Position numbers and translations under genes: made by a program | Source: Octopus vulgaris | Taxonomy: Eukaryota | NCBI GenBank assembly: GCA_951406725.2 | Contig: OX597816.1 | Location: 96,286,001 to 96,350,000, forward strand | Reading direction: 5' to 3' | DNA length: 64,000 bases | The notes under the pieces: generated by a model | Databases searched by the model: none | What the model saw: the letters and a program-made list of their open reading frames with translations, nothing else | Told to the model about the DNA's origin: nothing | Part shown: one piece after another, positions 27,006 to 40,574 of the stretch | Layout of the letters: each line of letters begins with the position of its first letter | Position numbering within the stretch: position 1 is the stretch's first letter

Positions 27006-27231
27006 TTTATCTATTCCTTTCCTTGGCTCTTATATCTTTATTCATGAACTTGGAAACCCTGGCTGCCTGCCGTGAAATATAAATAATTTTCTTGAGTTTA
27101 CCATACTTCGACAAGGAAAAATCCACAACCGTCTGCCCTAATAAACCACAATTCTTTCTGAAAGTTGTTTTTTATATTTTCTAAGTACGAATTTTCTGAA
27201 GCTCACCCTTTTCCTACACCGCGATGTTTGG

Positions 27232-27370
<139 letters not shown>

Positions 27371-28809
27371 AATATATATATGTGTGTATGTGCGTGTGTG
27401 TATACCAATATATGTACACTTTCATTTGTATACATTTATGTGTGTGTGTGTGTGTGTATGTATGTGTGTGTGAATACAAACTTATATATGTGTATATGTG
27501 TTCGTGCGTGCATGTGTGTGTGTGAGTGTAAATGTATAAACTTCAAATACATAAACAGTTTTTTACTTCTGTATCTTTGTCTTTATGTCACACTTGCCTT
27601 CAAGAGAAAACAGTATCTGTACTGATGTAGGTGAAAAGGAAACGAAATATTAAGAACGAAATATTAAGATTATATATAGAAATATGAAGGTGTAAGAATG
27701 ACTACTTTGCAATAGAGGAGAAAACAGAGGAAGAGAGAGATTTGGAGAGAGGAAGAAGTAGGGGAGACAGAAGAAGAGAGAGAAATCATTACTCAGTGAA
27801 ATATTGGGTGGGGATGGAAAATTGAGTAAGAGATAGATAAACAAATATAAGAGTTGTAGAAAGAAAAGAGAAATACCGAGAAAAACCTTCACAAACCTGT
27901 AGGATGTTAGAGAGGTAACGTAATTAAATAATTGTAGTTATGATAAAATAGTTGTGTTTTCTTATCACATTAATACAATAAAATGTGACAAATTTAGAGA
28001 GCATTAACAGTAATCATTCGTGGTAAGGTGTTAAAACTACGGAGTAGATGAATGAATAACTAGATTGCCGAAAAGAGAGAGAGAGACAGAGACAAACGGA
28101 CAGACGAACATGCTGGCAAGCAAGCAGACAGACAGAAAAACGGAGGGAGAGAATGATAGATACATTATTATGTAAGAGATATTAAATTCTATGTGAGGAA
28201 TCCGTTAGAAAATGAACAAGTGACATAGTATTTTGATGCAATTCCTTGTACATCGGACAAACGGGACGCCGCTTGGCTGACCGGTTCGCGGAACACCTTC
28301 GTGACATCCACCTTGCGAACGACACACCGGTCTCACGCCATTTCCGCTCCACCGGTCACTCCTTGCAACACCTATCTGTGTTCGGTTTGTCCTTACACAG
28401 AGGCCATCCGGATTCCCGTTTGCGCCGTGAACAGGAATTAATCTTCTCTCTTCGCTCTTATACGCCATTTGGTCTCAACTCTCCCCCCTCCTCATCTAAC
28501 CCCCACTCCCTCTCACCCCTCCTCACATATCCTTCCCCCCCGGCCCCTACTTCTTCAGTCCTTCATCCTTTCACCCCTACTCCCCTTCCCTTCTTCCCTC
28601 TTTCTCCCTCCCTCCTTCCCTCTTCCCCTTCCCTCTGCTCCCTCACTCCCCTTCTCTCTCTCCCTCCCCCTCTTTCCTCCTTCCCCCTCCTCCCCTCTTC
28701 CCCCTCTCCTCCCCTCTTATTCCCCTCCCCTTCTCCCCCCTCTTCTCTCCCTCCCCCTCTTCTCACTACACCACACGACTTTACACATCACATCATATAT
28801 GATGTGCCA

Positions 28810-29051
28810 TACTAATACATACACCAACTAATACATACTAATACGTACTAATACATACTAATACATACACCAACCCTATACATACACACGTCCAGACCCC
28901 TCATACGCACTTATACTCTCTCATACACACACACACACTTATACATACTAATACGTACTAATACATACTAATACATACTAATACATACTAATACATACAC
29001 CAACCCCATACATACGCCTGTCCAGACCTATCCTACGCACTAATACTCTCT

Positions 29052-29082
<31 letters not shown>

Positions 29083-29158
29083 TTATACATACTAATACAT
29101 ACTAATACATACACCAACCCTATACATACACACGTCCAGACCCCTCCTACGCACTAAT
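28810..29158 (+). repeat. About three tandem units (roughly 120-130 bp) built from ACTAATACAT sub-repeats
   Basis: CATACACCAACCC(T/C)ATACATAC...GTCCAGACC occurs at about 28864, 28994 and 29108. Confidence 0.85.
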
Positions 29159-29329
29159 AGGTGGTCATTCAACCCTATTATCAACCCTATTATCTCCCCT
29201 TATTTCGCTCTCGCGTCTCATGTTTGATCTTTGACTTCTGGCCGAAATCAGATCGCCATGTTGATTCGTTAGTTAGTGCACGCATTTTTTTTTCTCTCCT
29301 TCTTTCTGTGTTTTTTTTCTCTCTGTGTA

Positions 29330-29367
29330 TCTTTCTGTTGAAGAGCGTAGGCTCGAAACGTTAAAGA
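29330..29367 (+). ncRNA. Minimal HHR-like motif with a variant core, in the Penelope-like 3' region
   Basis: tcttt CTGTTGA a GAGC-gtag-GCTC GAA ACGT T aaaga. Stem I is tcttt/aaaga, stem II has 4 bp, stem III is the palindrome ACGT, and the core is CUGUUGA instead of CUGANGA. Confidence 0.6.
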
Positions 29368-29464
29368 CTTGTTTTATTTATATTTCCTGAGCGCCATACT
29401 AATACAATTGCTTGTTTGTTTTCCACCTGCCTTCGTCTTTTGTCTATTTTCATAAAGCTTCCCG

Positions 29465-29551
<87 letters not shown>

Positions 29552-29769
29552 CTCCTTTTCTCTTTTCTCGCCTCTGATTCTTTGGTCTACTCTTCCCTCA
29601 CTCTCACATTTCTCTGTCTTTCTTACTTTGCACTCAGAAGTCAATCTTTGACACGCACTCTTTCTTCTCCCCTCTCTAATTCCTTCTTTCTCTCTCTTCT
29701 CTCCCCTTTGTTGCCTTCATCCCTCATTTTCTCTCTCTCTTTGTTTCCTTTGCCCCCTTTCTTTTCTCT

Positions 29770-30206
29770 CTTTTCCGTCACGTGACTGCTGGCCAAATCA
29801 GCCTTTTGGCCTCCGACCAGCGCCGTGAGAACATCGTTGTCTTTGTCTGCCGGAAAGGCATTTTTTCCAAATACGCCAGCTAAACTTGTACTGTTATTAG
29901 TCGTAAGACAACTGCTGTTTTCGTCCTGTTTTTACTATTATTGTTTTTTGTATTTTATATTCGTGTGGCATCGTCCGTTTTTCTGTCCCTGTTTCGTATA
30001 CATTTGATCCTTCTTCCAAGAAATCTAATGCTCGTAGCTTAGTTTTTCCTTGGGGCTGGCCGGATCGGAGCGATCTCAAGATTAATCAGCCGAAATTGCT
30101 ACGATGATCCGGTTCTTGACTGAAGATTGAGGGCTTCGAATGTCCCGTCCGTGTTTTTGTATCGTCTTCTAAGTGTTTTACGTTCTTGTCCCAGTTTGTA
30201 TTTTTC

Positions 30207-30212
<6 letters not shown>
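29770..30212 (+). mobile_element. Non-coding repeat ending at a (TA)n array (probable Penelope-like terminal region)
   Basis: 30088-30163 is the reverse complement of 49224-49300. It shares blocks with 40575-41030. The Penelope classification is inference. Confidence 0.6.
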
Positions 30213-30264
<52 letters not shown>

Positions 30265-30398
30265 TACCAAATATATACGTTTTGCACATTACTTAATCAT
30301 CGTTATATGTTTTATCTTATATTTGATCTTTCTATAATATGTAATTATTCTAAATGGTATAATTTAATTTTTCCTTATTGAATTGATAAAAGGTGGGT

Positions 30399-30456
<58 letters not shown>

Positions 30457-30460
30457 TATA

Positions 30461-30940
30461 TGGGTACAGGACGTCAACTACTGTAAACAACATGAAGTAC
30501 AAAAATAAGCGAGTTAAATATGCAAACAACGAGAGAGAAAAATTGAAAACAGGACAAGTAACACAAAGAACGACCCTTCATCTGTTGTCGGCTGTCTATC
30601 TACTCCTCACTTGAAGCATTCAATGGAGGGTCAAAGTTGGGAGCAAAAACAGGACAGTGAAAATATACAAGGAAACCGAACGAAAAGGAACATCGAGGGT
30701 CGTTAGACCAGAACGAGGGGAAAATAGTGAACGCTAGAAGTTATGGAAGCAACTGTCCTCGAAGACTCATATTGTTGTTGAATGCTCGAAAAGAGGAGTA
30801 GATAGACAGACGACAACTAATGAAGTGTCGTTCTCTGTGTTACTTGTCTTGTTTTCAATATTTTTCTCCTGTTGTTTATGTATTTAGCTCGCTTGTTTTC
30901 GTACTTCATGTTGTTTACTGTTGGTGGCGTCCTGTACCCA
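30461..30940. repeat. Inverted repeat with arms 30461-30623 and 30778-30940, flanked by (TA)n
   Basis: TGGGTACAGGACG...GTAAACAACATGAAGTAC...CTGTCTATCTACTCCTC versus GAGGAGTAGATAGACAG...GTACTTCATGTTGTTTAC...CGTCCTGTACCCA. Confidence 0.9.
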
Positions 30941-31339
30941 TATATATATATATTATTTATATATATTATTTAACTATATATATATATATATTATTTATAT
31001 TATTATTTAACTGAACACCACGCATCCATTTTCAAGTAAGTTTATCTCAACCTTTTTGATGCGACTCTATACTGCTTTCTCCCCCATCCTTCTCTAATTC
31101 CTTTTTCTCCCCTTCACCGTTGTTTTCTATCTGTCTTTCTCTGTTCCCCTCTTTCTCTTTTCTCTTTGTCGTTGCTCACACGTAACCATCGTCCATATTT
31201 CTTTCCTTCACTTGTCAATCTTACCCTACGTAACGTTCTAAAGATTGGAGTCTTGTATCCCTCTCTTCTTTCTTACATATATACATACATACATGCATGC
31301 ATGTATGCATGCAAAAGCCTCATGTGCATCCTAACATAA

Positions 31340-31900
31340 TAGTACACAGGACAATTAACATAGCCGCCTCCATCTTTTTCTTCAGCTTGCAGATCAAGCA
31401 AACTTAAAGGAAGCAAGGTTTGAACAGTACAGTGAGTGAGGAATAGTTCTGATGCCGATCTCTGTTGAGTAGTTGTTTTCCAAGACAGAGCTGTAGGTTG
31501 ACGCATTGTCGTGGTGCAGATGCTTTGGCTTTTTGCAACGACAATCTGTTCCTGGATTTCCTCAAAACCCTACAAAGTTATTTTTGTTGACCGTCTGACC
31601 AGAGGGAACCAAGTAGATGTAGATGTAAGTGATTCCCTTGCAGTCGAAGAAAGAGAACATCATGAGCATCGAGGCGGACTTCCTTTGTCTTGCCTCTTGT
31701 ACCGGATAATCGGCTCCTAGAAGTTAATCCATCGGCGGTCTGGCTCGTTTTTGCCCAGTTTAGCACAAAGCTTTATAGCGAGCTTCCAATTTATCTTCAC
31801 GCCCCGAATGCTTTGTGCAAACTAGTCAGCTGTGACGTGAAGTGTTTAGTAGGGTGTGTTCAAAGTGCTGTTACATCCGTCTCCTTCAACCTGGAATAAC
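31340..31900 (-). mobile_element. Decayed, internally deleted mariner transposase
   Basis: With frameshifts the minus strand reads MMFSFFDCKGI...VPSGQTVN...HHDNASTYSS...GIRTIPHSLYCSNLA, matching mariner FFDxxG, GxTVN, HHDNA and HPPYSPDLA. Confidence 0.85.
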
Positions 31901-32039
31901 AAATGTTAGCAGGTCAGCTTGTCAGATGTATGGTATGATATAATAAAATCATAATAATTTAGGACAGTTATAATTCTCTCGCCTGAAAACGTCTGAAAAC
32001 CTCTGGAATGCACATCTAGTACAAACATACGCACACAAA

Positions 32040-32131
32040 CACATACATACATACATACATACATACATACATACATACATACATACATACATAAATACAT
32101 ACATACATACATACATACATACATACATACA
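32040..32131. repeat. (TACA)n microsatellite
   Basis: Seen directly. Confidence 0.97.
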
Positions 32132-32299
32132 TTGGACGTCGAAACTAGAAAGATAATGATCAAAATGGTAGCTTGCACATCAACAGCAACGCCAACAAAA
32201 TCTATGGAAGATGAAGATATGATGGCATATGAGTGTCGCATTCTATGATTTTAACAATATTCGCTGAACAGTAAAGAAAGAAGCGAGTATATTACATGC

Positions 32300-33180
32300 G
32301 TACTCAAAAGTAATAACATTTTCAGATAAGGAGAATTTCTAAACAAGTATCTGAGGGTGAAACTGTCTCATTTGACCCAAAGGATACTGGACTAACCTAC
32401 ATAAACAGAGACTTTAGAAGTACGCATCCTACCAGTAAAAAAACAATGCATGGGTACATAACCCGCAAGCTAGATTATAACAATAGTATTGACAGGAAGA
32501 GTAGCCTCTTCTGGACCGACGAAAGATACATTACATGCCACCTACAAGGAAAGACCTTAGCTGTCCAAGAACAGGAGACAGCTATTGAATAACGGATAAC
32601 AAATAAAGCAAAGATGCCATCAAACCTTCACGTTGTGAGAAAAAACGTCGGTTATATTAGTGTGGAAATAGCCAACCATATCAACATCAGCTCCTCTGAA
32701 ATGTTAATAAGATATTACCTACCGTTGAGACATGACGTAGTTGACAAAACCAATTATAATGCTATCCGCAGACAGGATTGCCCTGGCGGATAAACACAGG
32801 CATATTAGAATCAGAATGTACTTATATACTTCTTTAAAAGCAAGGAATACTGAAGGAATGCTCCAATAAATAAAGCAATCTTGTGCAAACACAAGAGATC
32901 TGACATTGTTCTGTGGGGCAGATAATAAAAAGCATACACCGTTGTAAAAATTAGCTGCCTTAGCAGATGTGAAAGTGCTATCAAAAGTTCAGGGAAAAGA
33001 GAATGCTTATGGTGATCTAATGCGGAACTCAGCTCTTGCACCCGGACAATAAATTTGCCTTTGAACCTATTATCATAGGTACATTAGGCTACGCATTTAT
33101 GGATTTGCACAAAAACCTAATAGAAATAGCTTTTTCTAAGAAAGAGCAAGAGAACTATCTTGCCTGCCTGTCCCAGCAGG
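32300..33180 (+). mobile_element. Decayed R4/Dong-like non-LTR retrotransposon C-terminal region
   Basis: MHGYITRKLDYNNSIDRKSSLFW...LAVQEQE, YYLPLRHDVV, KHKRSDIVLW...KISC and FEPIIIGTLG occur in the expected order, with stops and frameshifts. Confidence 0.8.
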
Positions 33181-34436
33181 ACAGAATTAGAAGTAACAGC
33201 CATAATTCTCTCAAGTCGTAGAGCAACTGTTTTGAACTATAATGGAGGAAAGCCAGAATGTTTTTTTACCCATAGGTCAACATTTAAAGGCGCTACGGTT
33301 ATCAAAGCACAGTGGAAATCACTGCATATCACTGTTTGATATTCTTGTGGATTGTGCTACGAAACGATTGCTGTTACTAAAATTAGTAGATCCATAACAC
33401 GTTCAGAGAACATGTATACCTACTGCATATGTGATCAGCTCATTATTTATATCTAAATTATGGCAATACTTGTTTTAGTCTGTAAATGTAACTCTAAAAA
33501 TTGTGCATAAACATTTTTGTAGGAATTGATTGCTGCTACTAGATAAATATTGAATTAAATAAAGGAAATTACACGCTTTAACTGCGTGCTAAATGAATAT
33601 ATATATCACATATGACTTCAAGATATGGTAAATTATGTTTCTAATAATTATCTCTACAGTGTTCAGACTTGAAAACCGATCTGTATCCTATTTATATTTT
33701 GATTTCTTCAGTGGTTATTGATATGGTAGAAGCAGATAGAATATGTATACATAATGTATTTCAATGTATTTCAATCAATCTTATCATTTGTCTTTTCGTA
33801 AAGTCTGATAGCTTTGAAATGTAGAGTGGACTCGTATATCATGAAACAGTTTCAGATCAGATTTTTTTTTTTTGATCGACCTCAATTTCGAAATGGCAAT
33901 GGAAAGTTTGCAGGAATGATGGTGACTCTCAAACCAGATGAGACTTAAATAACAGAGGCTAAGCTCTTTGCAGTGAGTGACATCCGCTTTGATAAATGCT
34001 AGCAGGCAGTGACCATGGAAAAATGTTAGGTCACATGCTTAGTGGAATTCGGTTGTCATTTTTTCGAACGTCAATTGTCTATGTTATTGTTATTGTGTTT
34101 TTGTTCTTGTTAGTCTCATTTTAGTCATGGCAGACCAGAATTACGATCAAAGACTTTCCAGCCACGACATTCAAATCTATTTTCTTCTTTTTCTTCTGTA
34201 TTTGATATATGTCTTATAACAATAGGGTGTGCTTTCAGGGAGGTATGCTTGCTATTTATATCAGGTCCAATGACTCCTAGACACCGTCACGTGAATCGAC
34301 TTCACGGAGCTTATTTAAGAGAAGATGGCGAAAAGAACACGTAACTTCTGCCTAACTACAGGAATTTTCAAGGAGAGTCTAAGATGTATCGAACAACCAA
34401 TAAACATATATTATAAATTATGTATATGCGTAGAAA

Positions 34437-34481
<45 letters not shown>

Positions 34482-34635
34482 GCATCTACATGCATATACG
34501 TGTATGTGTGTGCGTGTGTATGTGTGTTAGTGCGTGTGCGTGCGTGTGTATGTGCGTGTGTGTGTGCTTGCGTGCGTGAAGGAACATGACTCAATGGTTA
34601 AAGCGTCGGAATCATGATCATAAAGTAGTGAATTC

Positions 34636-34848
34636 CATTCCATAGTGTTTGTGAAGCAGAGACCCAGTATATTATTTGCCCTGGTTGGTTGTAGCACAAT
34701 TTTCTCCATGAAAGAAGCATTGGTAAGCTGGAGCAGAGACTCCACCTGTGCTTGCTGGTGGTAGATCATTCCTAGGAGAATCTGGCCCCCAGAGCATCCC
34801 ACATTGCGGACGTTAAAGTCGCCCAAAAGGAATACAGACACCTTCGCT
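34636..34848 (-). mobile_element. LINE (CR1-like) apurinic endonuclease fragment
   Basis: VFLLGDFNVRNVG...FMEKIVLQPTRANNILGLCFTN matches GDFN...PTRxxNxLDLxFTN. Confidence 0.85.
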
Positions 34849-35511
34849 AAGCAAAATAATGTCTTTGGCTCTCAGAAACCTCCGAAAATCTTTCCCACCA
34901 ACCTCCGAAAACCTCACTTGCCTGCCTCCAACAATCTCTCCCTCTTCCAGTTAACAGTTTGTACTTTCCCTGACGGAAAATACACCTTTTGTGGCAGTTA
35001 TAACGAAATAGTTTTCTTATATCAGAGTAATAAGGCGTTTCTATAGAACATCTTTACTGGGTACACTAGCTAGTATGTACATATACATGTATGTTTACAT
35101 ACATATATATATATATATATAGTGATTGTACATATAGTGTTGTGCAGAGATATACGTTTTGTCTAGCATATTTCGAATATTATTTTAGTTTAAACATCTA
35201 TGTCAAATCTGAAATATTCAGAGAAAATAATCATTTGCATATACGCAAACACCTACGAACATACACACCTTTCCACACACGCACACACACACACACACGT
35301 ACGCACACGCACACACAGCACATACACAATCAATGCACACAGACAAACATTGACTTACTGGAATCACATTTTACTGTCATTAAAAAGTCAATAGACAATG
35401 AGGCATATGGACAGTGCGTCTTTATTAGGTTTGTATCATTGTATATTTCATTGACTCCGTGAGCGTAAAGTCTTATTAGTTCATGAAAATGTAATACCTA
35501 ATTAGAATGCT

Positions 35512-35745
<234 letters not shown>

Positions 35746-36399
35746 AACAATTTGGATTAAGACTGCAAGTTAGTATTCTTCTTCAATTAAGCGGAATGAA
35801 AGCTTTATTGGTAATACGTCAGAGAATCAAAAAGTGTCGGGGTTATGAGAAGTTAAATCAAATTAACCGAAAATATATGATTTATGTAAATATTGAAATA
35901 TATGAGAAGACAGTGCAATGTGCTCACTAGGATGAAAATAGAATCTGTGATATAAATTTCATCCTTCTTTTAAAATATTTAATACAAGTGACCTAATATC
36001 AATATTGAGATGTAGGTTCGTTTCTAGGCAGATAATTCATTTCTAGTCTCGCTTTGATAAAGTTACTTAAAAAGGATAAAAACGAGGTAAATATTCTTAT
36101 GAAGGCTGTCAGGGCAAAATATGTAAAGTGATGCCAATTATTCAAAGACAGTGACAACGTATGTATCACCCTCTATATCTTCTTTAATACTTGTATTATA
36201 TTCAAGGAAACTTTTCTTTTATCACATATAACAGAAAATAAACTACAAGTTCGGAGAAAAGTGTTATTATCGACAGTCCATTCTTGTGTGGGATTGAATT
36301 ATAAATTGTTTTATAAATATCTACCTTTAGAAATAAATAAACCTGCGCATATTTACAGAAGTATAAGACATATATATTTATTTCAAAATGTTATGCCTT

Positions 36400-36830
36400 T
36401 AAGTGCTAAGGTGTCAGTCGGTGTTAGAGTTTGGGTACGTGATTTTAAAAGGCATCAGGAAAGGCGGAGAAGATTGGGGAGATTGGGGAGATTGAGAAGG
36501 GTGAAGTTTATTTTGAACTTCCTGGAAAATTGACAGCCCCTGGAACATATCGGTGGTGAGGAAAATTGCAGAAGACTCCTGTGCTGTAAAAGAAAGCATG
36601 AATATAACGATTGGATGGGCTAGAATAATTAAACATGATAGATATGGGTGATGGACGGAGGTGAGATGTGTAAGTCCTGTTGTATGGAGCAGCGTTTCGA
36701 CATGGAACCAAATACCAAATGGAATGCAAAGTTTTCACGAATTGCAGCTTTAGTGTGGTAATAGAGTTATGAAATAGTTATTGATGAAAACTACAAATTG
36801 GTAGGTTGCGTATTACGTTGAGAACGGCCT
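36400..36830 (-). mobile_element. Possible decayed CR1/L2-like LINE 3' end
   Basis: Weak remnants NRYIHAFFYST...PGAVNF resemble a LINE ORF2 C-terminus. Confidence 0.35.
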
Positions 36831-37859
36831 CAATAATATTGGCATTAGATTCTATACATTTTTATTTATATGAAGCATCTGTCTTTACATACATATACAG
36901 CAGATGAATAAATAAAACAGTATTCATGTGAAGTAATAATACGAAAACAATTCATAATTATTAAGAAAAAATTAAGTACAAAAAATGAAAACACTTCTAT
37001 TGAATGTTTGACCTGGTTATTTACTGGGAAGATTCCAACTTACTTGCACACACATTAATCGATCTGATTGTCTGTGTCGCGTTCGATTAGATGTTATAAT
37101 GCATTTTATAGGAACACGTTCTTTGGCTTTCATATTTGGGTGTATCTCAAATGGGAGTATGCCTGACCATCTGCCAGAACTCAGCAAGAACCTCGCTATC
37201 CAGCATTGAATTTATTTCAGGGTAACCACAATAACATCAAGAACAGCAACAGAATATATTGACTTACATTTTATGCTTGAGATGAGCACGACTAGCAGGT
37301 TCCAAAGATTAGATGCCGTTGTATTAACAACATGAAAAATAGTGTAAAGGAATTGCTTGTATGTCGGAAGAGGTAGCAGCGTTTTGGTTTGAGAGGTCTT
37401 TTAATCAGTCAGATCGGTGTATTTTCGGATGCACTCGAGGAGTGTAATTTCAAAACCGTCTCGTCTCAGATGTGAGAATATTTTCGAATGTGCACTATTC
37501 TTGAGTATTATACAATGTTGGTAGACAATGCACATTTTATTCATGCAAATATCCAACTAAAATTGAACACACTCTACAAGTACTATATTAGTCAATACAA
37601 ATGAATGGAAAACTTTTATTCGTTTAGTTACTAAGTGTGGTGTGTATTATGGCATTGCTGAAACTGAACAACACCCATGGACATCTTTTACAATAGCATG
37701 AATTTAAATATGTGATCTACTCTTCTGTTTTTCGTCTCAGTAACCCTAAAATAACTAAGGATTTTTGTTTGAATTAGTTCCATATCTGAATAAGTTAACT
37801 ATATAAGATTTCAGGTATGAAATATAGTTACAAACTGTAAGATATTACACGTGATTATC

Positions 37860-38155
37860 GTTTATCTTTATCTGCTACTATGCTGGGGAATCGCTTCGAG
37901 GGGTTTATAGTCAAATGAATCGACCCCAGTACACTTTCAAATCTTGTGCATATTCACATGCATATTTTTATGCATAGATACACACACACATATATGTATA
38001 TGACGGGCTTCTTTCAGTTTCTACCTATCAACACAGAAGACTTTGATCGGCCCGTGGCTGTAGTTGAAGACCATGATGGCGCGCAGTGAAACTGAAACCG
38101 GAACGGCATGGGCGTGAATCAAACTTCGTACTACACAATCATGCCGGCGCCTTCT
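37860..38155 (-). mobile_element. Second-family SINE copy
   Basis: ATCGACCCCAGTAC...GACGGGCTTCTTTCAGTTTC...GGCCCGTGGCTGTAGTTGAAGAC...GCAGTGAAACTGAAACC. Confidence 0.75.
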
Positions 38156-38414
38156 TACCACACAGCCAATGACTTATTATACCGATTCATATCATTTCAT
38201 TGTTTATAAACGAGACAAAAGAGAAAACAGGGCCGGCTACATGATATTTGAACTGAGAAGGTTTATTGATGAGTTAAATACTGAAAGAAATATATATATC
38301 CGTATTTTATTCTTTCTATTGTTTACCACCAACTTATCTCAACTACCACAGATAAATACAGGGAAATCTAAAGAGCTGAAGTATTGCGTAACTGACTAGT
38401 GTATAGGTTACAAT

Positions 38415-38590
38415 AATGATTTCAAATTTTGGCACAAAGCCAGCAATTTCAGGATATGGGGAAAGACGATTAGTCGAACCCTGTACTCAACTGGTACTCA
38501 TTTAAAGGAAAAGTCGACCTCAGCGGAATTTGAACTTGAGATGTGAAGACGAACGAAATTCCGGTGTGCAAACGATTCTGCCAGTTCGTC
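38415..38590 (-). mobile_element. First-family SINE copy
   Basis: TTTCAAATTTTGGCACAAAGCCAGCAATTTC...AAAGTCGACCTCAGCGGAATTTGAAC...AACGATTCTGCCAG. Confidence 0.8.
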
Positions 38591-40373
38591 TGTTTATGTA
38601 TAGGTTATAATATTAGAACTGCATTCTCTCATGACATTTCTTAGTCTAGCATCTTATATTTGGTAGGTCACGTATTACGTTCAGAATGATCACAATAGTA
38701 CTAATTCTCAAACATTTTTGTTAACCTGGGATGTCTCTCTCAATCTTTTCACCACTGCAAAAGTTAAAACAATATCTCCAAAATAGTGAAATTTCTGATA
38801 ATACTAAAAAATATATAATTTCGTGGCACTAGTGCAGAGAGATGATTAGACAGTTAAATGTCTGGGTTGTTAATCTGCAAATACATATTAAGATTTCATA
38901 TGAGGCGTTCCAACAACATAAGAATATTCTACAGATAGAAAAAAAAAGATAGACAAAATAAAAGATTAAGGTGTACATGCCATTTATTTTGAATTTTAAA
39001 CAGATGCACTGGGCAGATCATTGAAATATTTCTTTGCGAGTAAGATTGGAAACACGGTCAGAGAAGTTTTTGAGTGAAAACACTTAGTGAACAGTGACTG
39101 CAGCACGAGCCGATGTAGGAACCATTACGTAGTTGATCGATCTGCAAGAAGTAGTAGACATTTCTAAAAATATAGATATAGAAGGACAAACATTAGACAA
39201 TGTAGTCTTTGGCAATACTCCCTGAAAATGCAAGGTGCCATATATGGAAGGCTTTAGAGACGATATATTTACTTTCGATTGGAGTTGACCAAAGTTAAAC
39301 AACAAACGCAGCAATAGTTCGTTGAGTATTTTCCATTAAATTCTGAAAACTGTATATAACATGTATAGTATGACGCCCACTTCCCCCTGCACTTTTCCTT
39401 GAGAATTTTAGCTTAATGATATCTATTCCTCCCCAATGCATACATATTGGGAAAAATGAACCTGCGCAAAGTGTTGGTTCAATGACAGGTTAACTGGTTC
39501 ATTTTAGGATTTAGTATTATTAGAGTTAAGTGACATACTCAAGGACATAGAAGAGCACCCTGGATGGAACATACCCTCTCAGTTATGTAAGACAATAGCA
39601 AATCAATGCTCTATTGATGTTGTATCCTTACAGATTTATATGAAAGCAGGGACTCTGAGAATAGCATAATTAACTTATTTAACTTATTTCTTAATACAAT
39701 TTTTCATCAAGTCCGTAGGGAACTATTTTGTTGTTGGTTTCCAAAGAGTCATTCACTGGTTTCCTGCATTTTCCGTTGTTCGAATGATTCGTAAGTGTCT
39801 GCCTACCTCGGGCTGAATAAATACCACCAAGTGCCTTTATTCGAACGCAAGAGTTTATAGGGTTTTCCCGCCAGTATTTACATCTTTCCGTAATAGACAG
39901 TACATCGATGAAAGTTGGATGACCTTCAATAAGTTACCAACGGATTCCTTTTTCCCAAGGATAACAACGGGGCAAGCTAAAACAACAAAAAAGAAACGGA
40001 AGTACAAAAACGTTAAGATTTAGGCCAGAGTAAAACTTATTTTGCAGTGAATGCAATAAAAATAGAGATCCACAAAACAACAAGCATGTATTAAATAAAA
40101 TTAAAATTTTCAAGAGCACTACACGGCTTAAATTGAAACAACATAAAAGTATGTAAGGGTGGGAAAGGTAATGTGTCTGTAATCAAAGATAGAGAAGAAA
40201 ATAATACAAAAATTACTAATTTACTCAGCGACAATAAATTGACAAACATCGAAAAATGAATATACCAACCAGATAAATGTAAAGTTAAAGAACTTACAAC
40301 AATAACTGCTCAAACAGAATCAAAAGAGTCCTCTTACTTTCCAAGCATTCAAAGAAAAATTATCTCCAGCATA

Positions 40374-40407
<34 letters not shown>

Positions 40408-40518
40408 CATACAGACAAACAAACATACATACATACACACATATATAGATATATAATAATATAAATAATATTTTTTATATATTCATATATACATACGTAT
40501 ATGTACATACATGTATAC

Positions 40519-40569
<51 letters not shown>

Positions 40570-40574
40570 CATAT

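Larger units (their letters stand above)
28237..29467 (+). mobile_element. 5'-truncated Penelope-like element: GIY-YIG endonuclease C-terminal part (28237-28480), pyrimidine tract, tandem repeats and 3' region with an HHR-like motif
   Basis: CNSLYIGQTGRRLADRFAEHLRDI...PVSRHF...H...RLRREQELIFSLRSYTPFGLN carries the YIGxTxRxLxxRxxEH and PxGLN motifs. The element ends CATAAAGCTTCCCGT followed by (TA)n. Confidence 0.92.

Noticed and set aside
28480-28831. Pro/Ser/Leu-rich extension of the 189-aa ORF and overlapping ORFs
   Set aside because: This is read-through into a pyrimidine tract. Only the first 80 or so residues (GIY-YIG) are meaningful.
28810-29158. CRISPR-like regular repeats
   Set aside because: There are no unique spacers or cas genes, and the context is a eukaryotic minisatellite.
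30105-30150. HHR-like CTGAAGA...CGAATGTC
   Set aside because: It has GAAT instead of GAAA and no convincing stem I or stem III.
37111-37221. Possible plus-strand exon (TTTTATAG...GG/GTAACC) with one open frame
   Set aside because: The peptide is unrecognisable, the splice signals are weak and no partner exons were found.
39815-39978. Possible minus-strand exon after a pyrimidine-rich AG acceptor
   Set aside because: All three frames hit stops before the GTAGG donor and no protein similarity is recognisable. A short or non-coding exon cannot be excluded.
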